In this document: piece after piece, positions 51,301 to 60,266 of the stretch
Numbering within the stretch: the stretch's first letter is position 1
How the letters are laid out: the number at the start of each line of letters is the position of its first letter
Source: Chlorokybus atmophyticus
Taxonomy: Eukaryota; Plantae; Mesostigma and Chlorokybus algae
Length of the DNA: 64,000 nt
Reading direction: 5' to 3'
Assembly: GCA_009103225.1 (NCBI GenBank)
Contig: RHPI01002112.1
Span: 382,634-446,633 of the forward strand
Notes under the pieces: generated by a model
What the model was told of the DNA's origin: nothing
Databases searched by the model: none
Seen by the model: the letters and a program-made list of their open reading frames with translations, nothing else
Position numbers and translations under genes: made by a program

Positions 51301-52780
51301 ATTTGCCATGCTCGAATATGCTCGCATGAACTTGCGAAAATAATTGGCTAGCCCCAAGAAAGCACATAATTGATGTACATCCTTGGGTGGTGGCCAATCC
51401 TTCACCGCACACACATATTGAGGATCTGGTTTCAATCCTTCTTTGCCAATTCTACGCCCTCAAAAGGGTGGTTCATCATTTGCAAAGTTGCATTCGGACA
51501 GGTTGGCATAGAATTTGTGTTCGCGTAACTTAGCTGGAACCAATTCCACATGCTTGTGGTGTTCCTCCCGGGTTTTGCTGAACACAATAATGAACACAAT
51601 AATGTCGTAAGGATGTACTATTACAAACTTGACTCGAGCCAAGCTATGTCTGTCATAACCACAGGCGAGGCAAAAAGCTTATGCTGATACACATCAAGGA
51701 ATGGCCACTTTGGATGTCGGCGATAAAGTTTTGCTCAACGCAAAGAACATAACCATCAAAGGTACGGGTGCTCGCATGTTGCTGCCCCGATGGTAGGTCC
51801 TTTCTCTATCACTGATAGAGTAAGTACGCACGCTTATCGACTGCAATTGCCCCCTCAAGTGTGCGTATACACAACGTGTTCCATGTGAACTTGTTGAAAC
51901 CTTATCGCTCAGACGGTAGAACACAGCCTCCACCACCGCTACTTGAGGTGGACAGCGAGCTCGAATACGAGGTGGAAGCTATATTAAACCATAAGCTAAA
52001 TAGTCGCGGACGCGCAACTCGCTATTTGGTGAAATGAAAAGGGTATGGCCCAGAACATAACAGTTGGGAGCCTGTCAGGCATTTTACGCACTGCCGCGAG
52101 TTGCTTTGAGCTTATTGGGATTCACGTCCTGTCCCGTAAACTGTGGGCTTGATTTTATGACAGACTGGCAGTGCAGTTTCATTACCACCCTGTCGTTTCC
52201 TGCTATCTCACTGGTTACAATTACTCAAAATCAAGCCTGATCAACTTGAGTTCGACGAGGACATTAAAAACCTAAGTGGGGGGGAATGTAACGGGAGCAA
52301 TAATAATAGGGGTATTATTGCTACCTAAATAACACTTTTTGTATAAATAAGTATCTAAATATGCTTATACCTTTATACCTTTTTTCTACGGTTCCTCGCT
52401 TATTAAAGGCTATAGTGCTTTAGCTTAAATAAGTCCCAATGGTTGTAGAACCGCTTATTCAAGCCTATTTAGTGTCACATTTGATAAAATGTGATCACTA
52501 TCTCGTTAGGTACCTTACGATAGGTACCTTATCTGAGCTGTGATGGCTCACTCTAGATTTTCTAACCATATTTGTAGGGTTGATGTCCAGTTGTGAGTTG
52601 ATTATCGAGAGGTGTATATTTTATATACTTTGGACATAAAAGGTCACATCAAACTGATGTAACCTCACTTTCAGTTCTCTGCTCAGTGGCGGCCACGTCG
52701 CTGAAAGGCTGGTCATAGGCGGTGTGGGTGTTGGGGTAGAGGATTGAAGGGGCATCACCGGCGATGGTGGTGCTGTTACA
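48391..52780. mobile_element. Composite Ty3/gypsy chromovirus structure bounded by a CACCT TSD
   Basis: cacct flanks both ends (48386-48390 and 52781-52785). Inside are a + half-LTR (48391-48661), a - strand 3' LTR (48662-49187) with PPT, and - strand pol remnants to about 51633. A + strand 3' end follows, with PPT at about 52275-52286 and an LTR at 52287-52780 (TGTAAC...GTTACA). Confidence 0.88.
49370..51642 (-). pseudogene. Gypsy pol remnant: RT C-terminus, RNase H, integrase, chromodomain; has frameshifts and stops
   Basis: RT: YDIIVFIIVFSKTREEHHKHV and AFLGLANYFRKF. RNase H: NASTIGCGAVLLQ...YTTTEQELL...TDHNPL. Integrase: HDLPYAAHLG...CDVCQ, SIDLITDLPK, ITDRDPRFVSKFW and AFHPQKDGQIER. Chromodomain: YEVEAILNH...[16 protein letters not shown]. 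Confidence 0.93.
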
Positions 52781-53480
52781 CACCTACTTGTGGTTTACTT
52801 ACCTGCCCGGGTGTGTACATACGGCAAGTACAAAAATAAAAAATGGGTGATACTGCCAAAATGACACTTTTTGGCAAACACACCCATCAAGTTTCTTCTT
52901 GGCATTATCACTGACCACAAGTGCTGTCAACAAGCGCACCCCACACGCGATACTATGGTGCGGGAGGGCTTCTCAAACAACCCGGTAGTGTGGCACACTA
53001 GGCATCCCACACACAAGAGTAACCTACTCTTGTATAGCTCCACTCGGGCCTGTTGCCCAATACACTGCAGGCAGATTGTCAACAGTGTGTCGGCAACCGG
53101 GTATGTAATGTTGAACAAGCTTATGAGGGGAGTACGTAATTATGTACTCCCCCTTGCTGCCCTCGACCTAGCACACAATGGTAAGCCTCCTTGCCGCAAG
53201 GAGGCCAATCAAGTTCCCCTGCTGCGTGATGCGTCAATTAACAAGAGATAAAATAACCATACCTCGCTTTTGGATCACCCCCATGGCAGCACCGTGCATG
53301 TATGACTCTGTCACATGAGTGCCACAGGTATTGCCCTGTGCTAGCTTGCTTATGCCATCTGTGGGGTATCATGCACAAGGCCGCATGCGTATATGTAATG
53401 CCGGTTAATGTAAAATAGGCTAAGAAGGGCCTAAAAAGCATAAATCCAAAAATTCACAACGTGCTATGGTAGCGATTATT

Positions 53481-53566
53481 GCTACCGTGGCCTAGTCGGC
53501 CCCGCGTTACATTGGTAATCGGAGCTTAAGTTTCGAAGGTCGTGGGATCAAGTCCCACCGGGCGCG
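53481..53566 (+). other. tRNA-like sequence (tRNA pseudogene or SINE head)
   Basis: A-box-like GTGGCCTAGTCGG, then AAGGTC and a T-arm GTGGG-ATCAAGT-CCCAC (B-box-like). The acceptor stem pairs only partly and the D-to-anticodon region is too long. Confidence 0.5.
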
Positions 53567-54470
53567 AAGAATTGCGCGCGAGTGGGTAGATTTTCGCGAC
53601 CGTCGGAAACGATTCAAGGCAGTTAGGGTAAGCACCACACCCGTTTACATGGCCCAAAGGTTTAGGGTTGGTACGCGCGGGGTACAAGCACTGTACAGTA
53701 CAAGTGCACTAGAGCTGCGTGCGGTACCTAAGGTGTTCAATATACCTAGATTAGGGTTTCACAGCACTTGGCAAAAACGAAGTCTTTTGCCGCCTGTTTG
53801 TGCAGGGCGGCGGCGGCGGCGGCGGAGGAGGAGGAGGATGATGAGCGGTAGGAGGAGGCGGGGAGAGGAGTAAGGGAGGGGAGTGGTGCGTGGACTCTTA
53901 CAAGCCAGCGCCTAGTTGCTGCTGCTACAGCGGCGGCCAGTAGCGGCGCCAGAGGCGGCGGGGGTGCAGGAGGCGGCGGAGTAGAGGGCCGTCAGTGGGA
54001 GCGACATGCCAAGTCAGACGCGCTCCCGTCGTGGGAGCTTGGCTTCGACAGAAACGCCGCCAACTCCTCGCAAGCAGTGGCGGCAAGGCTGGTGCCAAGC
54101 AGGCACCCAAGCAGCAGAAGGTACAACTATATGCAACACATTTATATGTAGTAAATGAGTAGTGCAGTATTCAATGCCTTAATTAACGTAGTAATACTTG
54201 ACTTGCGTAGCAATTGATAGTATAAGCTGCAATCATTGCTAAGAGTTGCTTTTAAGTGCATGCATGCATGCATGCTTGTGTGCAAATGTTCGTGCGTATA
54301 TGTGCATGTGCTTCAATGCGTGTGTTGCAGTGCGTGCTTGTTTGCCCAAATGTCTGTATACTCCTCGGCATTTGTGTTTGTGCACTTGGATGTAACCCTC
54401 ACACATGCGACCCCACTCGTGCGCACACACACTTAAACACACGTGTTGTAATGATATTGTGCAAGCTCAT

Positions 54471-55159
54471 GCCCAAGCACTCGAAACAGTCCAAGCAGTC
54501 GGAGCCGCCTTCGGTGAGGGCTGCTTGTGGGTGTCGTGAATATCCAAGCGGTGTTATGAACTAAACCATCATGTAGGAGGGTGCTACGGCTACACGCGGT
54601 TCTGTCAAGAGGACAGCGCACAAGAGCGACAAGGCCTTGGCCGTAAGTTGTTTACATGTGCTTGAATCATGTGGTGGTGTTGTGGGAACGTTGGTGAATA
54701 TGTTGATGAAGGTGCAGGTGGTCCGCGAGCCTAGTGTTGCGAAGCGCAAGCACAAAGCCACAGAGCCTGAACTAACATCGGAGCTGCTCCTGGTTATCAC
54801 GGATCATACTGGACTGGTGAGTATTGCTCTCAACTGCATCCGCGCGTGCATGCAGGCGCATATGTCAAATCTCACGGATGTTGATGTAGCTTGCGAATAT
54901 AGCTGCTGTAGCTAATGTTCTTGTGTGCAGCTAGCGGCACGTTCTTCACAAGCTAGTGGCTGATGACGACGGCAAGCGTTTCAGCAGGAAAGAACGTCAG
55001 AAGAAGCGCAAGCGTTGTGGCGTGTGTCCCAACAGTACGCATTGGTATTGCGGGGTGTGCCCAAAGAAGAGTACGGGTCAACCACGTTTTCATTGCATGA
55101 ACAAGTGTTTTGCCAAGCATGTTAAGCAATTGGCCTCGGCCATTTCCGATTCTGAGTAG
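54471..55159 (+). CDS. Small spliced gene ending in a piggyBac-type Cys-rich zinc-binding domain; no catalytic domain seen
   Basis: Putative exons: MPKHSKQSKQSEPPS | VVREPSVAKRKHK...DHTGL | RHVLHKLV...KRKRCGVCPNSTHWYCGVCPKKSTGQPRFHCMNKCFAKH. The Cys/His spacing matches the RCxxC-YxCxxC-C-xxxCF-H pattern of piggyBac C-termini. Confidence 0.55.
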
Positions 55160-55587
55160 GTGAAACGTTGCTCTGACCACCTTATGCACTTGGCTGGCAT
55201 CTGCTGCAATACCTTTTGCGCCAATGTTCCCAACCGTGAGAGCTTGCTGGAGGTGTACACTTCCTGGAGGGGGACATACGGGACGCAGATTGGGAGGCTG
55301 CCGAAGGAGGACCATCTGCTTGCAAAGTTCACTGACTCGCAGATCGGCCTCATGCTTGTTACATTTGCAGTCAACAAGCGCTGGCTGGTACAGGATGACT
55401 CTGGAGAAGCACGCTATGGCTGGCACTGGAATAGTCAACCCAAGCGACAACCCGGTCCATAATTGGGTACCAAGCTGAAGACCTTCGCTCATCTTTCTTG
55501 CAGCAACCAGTCTAGCTTCCATGAAGCTTCCTTGCAGCCGCCAGTCTAGCTTCCTGCTAAAAGTCTAACTTCTTGCTAGCAGTTTAG

Positions 55588-55808
55588 CTTGCTACCAGCA
55601 GTTTAGTCCTGGTAGCAGTTAGCTTCTTGCAAACAATTTGAGCCTATTCTAGTACTCGTTAAGAGTACATGGTACAATGTAAACTCCATATGATGTTTGC
55701 TTGCTACCAGCAGTTTAGCTTCCTGGTAGCAGTTAGCTTCTTGCAAACAATTGGAGCCTATTCTAGTACTAGTTAAGAGTACATGGTACAATGTAAACTC
55801 CATATGAT
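55588..55808. repeat. Tandem duplication of about 114 bp at the broken 3' end of the MULE ORF
   Basis: ttgctaccagcagtttag...aaactccatatgat occurs twice in succession with few differences; it is visible as a repeated peptide in ORF 55603-55872. Confidence 0.9.
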
Positions 55809-57060
55809 CAAAGTTCGGTATGCGACCGTACACCTTGTCCAAGTACAACTTCACCCGTTTCATAGCCTTCATGTTCGCTCATCATGAAAGCGACAGGAAC
55901 CCCTACAAGAGAGGATGTCATAAACACAGTCATCTACTTATATGCCTGGGTGGTGACAAGAGCTATGCACGCAGGCAACTAACTAGACTCAGGTATCTAC
56001 TTAGATGCCTGCGTGGTGACAATGCTTAAGCACGCAGGCATCCAACTAGATACAGGCATCTAGTTAGATGCCTGCGTGGTGACATTTTTAGAGCCGTCAA
56101 AAGTGGTTGCACGATGCACATACCGTTGCCAAAATCGTCCTTCACGACCATCGCCCAAAATTGATAGCCCCAACAATTAGTGCCGCCAGTAGCATCGAGA
56201 GGCACCGTATTCTAGCCAAATTGCTCCAGCATGCGCTTCTGAAACTCGGTCTGGATGATGATGATGAAAGGCGTGTGTTCATTAAGTGACTCGTCACCGC
56301 TCGGCTTCGTGTAATGCAAGACAATGCCCTCTGGCAAAGAGTTGACCAATTTGGCTACCGCAATGGCGTCGGATGGGTCGATAGATTTTGCTCTCCTTAT
56401 TTCTCTGTAAATGTTGTTAATGTCTTCCTTGTCGAGCCTACAGCGACGGTTGGAATAGTCTTCACGCATTGAGGATGTTGCTCCATCAAGTGGAGTGCTT
56501 CTTTTGTCAAGCACTACACATATACGCGTATCAGCACACATCATCCTTGGCTGCTTAGAATAATTAAGCACACAAGTGCCACTAACATCGTCGTTTACTT
56601 ACTGTTCAACACCACTTGCGGCTTAAGACCCAACTCCAACAGCACGCCTCCTCACGAAGTGTTGGGTGTGGTAGCAGGCACTTTTGATCCTCAGCCGAGC
56701 CTAGCGCATGGCGCATATAGACACACGCTCAAGCGATACTACTATACTTTGATAAGGGCACAAGAATTTTGCATTTTATGCCTGGCTCATTATGTGTGTG
56801 TCGGTTCGCTATATGCACATGTACTGTCTCTTCTTGAGTGACGTACTCGGTCACCGTCATGCAAAACTGACATCCAACCTTCGCGGAATCAATTGGCTTT
56901 TTGTGCGACAATTGCCTCAGTTGCCGGGCATCACCCCTGTATGGGTAAACGCAAATGTAAGTCAGCTGGGCAGTGTAAGTGTCCATTCATACGCACCCGC
57001 AATAGTCCTTGCAGCTCAAATTCATCGCAATATGTTTTCCCTGCCGGCCAACTAAATATT
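55600..57060 (-). pseudogene. Mutator-like (MULE) transposase, degenerate and 3'-truncated
   Basis: The N-terminus SAKVGCQF...HTHNEP is FAR1/WRKY-GCM1-like. FIIIIQTEFQKRMLEQFG*NTVPLDATGGTNCWGYQFWAMVVKDDFGNG|VPVAFMMSE carries the MULE first-Asp motif DAT-x-TN. There is an in-frame TAG and a later frameshift. Confidence 0.8.
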
Positions 57061-57155
57061 GGCAACGGCCGTGCACCTGAGGACGCTAATTTAGACTGTC
57101 GTGGCTCAGGCCACCTGTAATCTTGATACAGGGACCTAATAGTAACTTTCGTTAC

Positions 57156-57490
57156 TGTACGGCCCTTTTTGTTACAATTTAGTCTTTAACAGTTGACTTT
57201 GCCTAACTAACAGGCGCCTGTTAGTTACCTATCAGGCCTTAACAGGTGACTTTATAGAATGAACAGGCACCTGTAAGTCACACACCAGGCCTTAACAAAT
57301 GACTTTGTGTAATTTACAGGCAACTGTTAGTTACACATCAGGCCTTTTTATGTGACTACAACTAATTAACGGGCACCTGTAAGTTACACATCAGTCTTAC
57401 CTAGGTGACTCAGCCTATGTGACAGGCACCTGCAGGTTACACACCAGTCCAGCGCAGGCGACTAAGCCTAATTCACAAGCACCAACTAGG
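57156..57490. repeat. 53-bp-period diverged tandem array, about 6 units, with a palindromic core
   Basis: Unit starts at 57209, 57262, 57315, 57368, 57421 and 57474. The consensus contains ACAGG-CA-CCTGT and AGGCCT. Confidence 0.9.
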
Positions 57491-57843
57491 TAATTATCGA
57501 CAAAATAAGGCATTCTTTAACAACTGAAGGTGACCAATGCCTAACTGTCGTCATATGTATTTGCATAGCTTGACTACACGCGACTGTCACTGACTTCCAG
57601 CATTGTTATGTGCATGTGCTGTGAACATGTACCTGAAATGTGTACAGTGTCTCTCAGTCACTTGCCAAGGCTTGTAGTTCGATTATGTGACTTGAATGCA
57701 GTTCTGTTGTATATCATAGGGATGCAAGTATTGATGTGCATGAGCTTAATGACGATTGACTGAGCTGGTTTAAGATGCACAACACTCAGTCACAAGAGCC
57801 TTGTAGCTATGTACACTACCAGCTAAACGGACTACCAACTGCG

Positions 57844-59671
57844 CTACAGCTCCTCTCCATCATCGCTGGTCTCGTCATTACGGAACAAAGCACCACGCGC
57901 TGGGGCCTGTGGAGGAGACGCCGGAGCTTGCTCTTCCTCCTCAAACGGTTGTGCCAGCCAATCAAATGCCGCTTCTGCCTCAGCGAGCGGGTCACGAGCT
58001 GCTGTCTCTTGCGGCCGGCGCCGATTGGGATCTTTCAGGTATTCGACACAAGATGCAGTGCGGCGTTTCACAAGGGTGAATGGCTGGAGGGCTGCGTACC
58101 GTTGCCTCATCTCCCGCTTCATTGACATGATCATGGTGTTGATTTCGCTGAGGTACTCTTCATGTGTGTCTATGCTGGCAGCTAGGAGAGGGTCTCCATC
58201 CTTGCCCTTTAGGATGCGCTCCACCTGCGTAGTTTACAGGCATGTTTTAGTGGCATCGAAAGCCACTATTCACTGCAACGCGTCTGCAAGCCTGAAGTTT
58301 AAGTCTACAGCGTTGCTGAATTGCTAATGATGGAGTTCAGAGTGCTCACCGTAAGCAACAGGTATGCGAGGTGGTTGACTGTCAGCTGCCGGCGACCAGG
58401 TGTAGTGACGGCGTAAGACCAGCATTGCACGATCATTTGCTAGATTATGGGATTGCCCCATTCATGGATGTATCTCCTCCGCTCCGGGTCTGCAGTGTCG
58501 GTCACCTCAAATCTCCACCATGACTTGTCTGCGACAATCATACCGACAAGGCATTAGTCACAAAATAGATAGTTCAAGTTGAGCCTGCACCAGGCTAGAA
58601 TAGTGCCTGTAACTTACTCTGGAGCACGTTGCGCATCTGGGCTTTTTGGGTCTCGGGGTCCATTAGGGCGTCGATGTGCCTGATTGAATCGGTTACAATA
58701 GGCGAGATGAGTACGTGTGTATGGAGGCTGAGTAAGAAGGCATTGTTGCATAGCAGACATGGTGGTGAGGGACCCAACTCACTTGCGCTTGTTGCTGTTA
58801 AACAGTGTCCACTTGTACTCCTTCTCAAGGACATGCTTGATCTTGGTGACGTTCTCAGACCGGACCTGCGTAGCTTTCTTCAGGGCGACACTCCAGTGGA
58901 AGGGGCACTCCTTGGGAGTCCAGTACACCTCATGGAACTTGGCCGCATCGGCCTCGTCGTCATGGTTGAAGCCAACTACCTGTCACGGGCAGGTTGGTCA
59001 GTGTCACGGTGCAGTGCGGTCATGAAGCATTCACAGCACCTGACACATGACGTTACGAATAGTGTCCTCTTTGGGATAAACGTGGCTCTCTACCCAGTGG
59101 CCGTTTATGATTTCAATGACGGCATCTCGCAAATGCTGTCCACAGAAGAACAATCCGTTACACACATACACACAGTGTCACAGTGTCACACAATGCTTAC
59201 CTCGTTGCCAATCTTCCACTTGCTTGGGGAAGGGTTGCTGACGGCCGAGGTTGCCATGTCACGGCCAAATGCGTTTGGGTTGGGGGTTCCAATCGACCCT
59301 CTGCAAGCACAACCACATGAGTCATGCTGCCAGCCATGAAAGATGCAACCCTCACAGTTGCAAAAGAAGAACAACGTGCACAGTGTATCCAGAACGCATG
59401 CAGTGAGTCACTGTGCTAGTCATGATAGAAGCAAGCATCCAAGTTAGAAGTTGAGCAAGAAGCAACGTGCACAGTGCATCAAGAACGCATGCAGTCTAGC
59501 TTGCCCTTGCGACTGCGGTGTCAGGTGGAGTTGTTGTGATGTGCTGGGCGTTAGCGCGGGGTCTTGCTGCGATTGGTTGGCGACGGTTGCCTGGTTGAAC
59601 ACTGGGGGCAATGTGGACAACTGGCGCCGACCTCCACGACGAGGTGCACTTACGGATGGACCACGAGGCAT
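57844..59671 (-). pseudogene. About 7-exon gene of unknown function upstream of the MULE transposase, with one in-frame TAG
   Basis: Exons joined at GT-AG sites: ...SKWKIGNE | GLFFCGQHLRDAVIEIINGHWVESHVYPKEDTIRNVMCQ | VVGFNHDDEADAAKFHEVYWTPKECPFHWSVALKK...NKRK | HIDALMDPETQKAQMRNVLQ | KSWWRFEV...HEWGNPII*QMIVQCWSY... | ERILKGKDGDPLL...DDGEEL*. Confidence 0.6.
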
Positions 59672-60266
59672 CTCTCCAACTGATAGTCGGGTGCCGCCTG
59701 TTTAGCTGTAAGTGGCGCTGCCGCCTCCAACGCTGCCGCCGCCGGTTGGCCCGCCCGAATGTATGAGGCGCGAAAACGAAAATGAGGCGGTTTTGAACGT
59801 CTAGAGTCCCGCACTAGAGTCGCACTTGTAGTGCGTCCTTGCTCCTATTGTTGATGGTACGACTTATGCATTCGTGCCATGCATGCTTCGTACACCATTG
59901 TTACCAATGGTTGTGTCGTAACATTTATGGTACGACAGAGGCATCTCTCGTCCAACCCCAGCGATTGCCGTACAATGGCTCTGTCGTACCATCCATGGTA
60001 CGACAGAGCCATTGCTCGCTCAGCCCAAATGGGAGTTAGCATGCACTCAGCCAAACACGCTTCATTGATGGCCGGATGATGGCACGCAGGGGCACCAGGT
60101 CGATGACGGGTCGAATGTCAGGCTTGATGGGCCTGGGTTCGACTAGGAGGCGGAGGACCAGGAGTCGGAGGAGGCGGCGGCGGCGGCGGCGGCGTGGCAC
60201 ATCTTGCGAGAAGTTGTGGTCGTAAGAGTTCAAGCAGCGAAGCCAGCTACTACCGGTCGCCACGTC

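Noticed and set aside
43752-51936. Thrice-repeated 80-aa [15 protein letters not shown]... read as a multicopy gene
   Set aside because: It is the antisense shadow of the gypsy integrase/chromodomain region in the three retroelement copies.
53600-53760. Interstitial telomeric repeat
   Set aside because: Only three isolated TTAGGGT heptamers, not a tandem array.
57156-57490. Possible CRISPR array
   Set aside because: Whole units are mutually similar with no unique spacers, there are no cas genes, and the context is eukaryotic.
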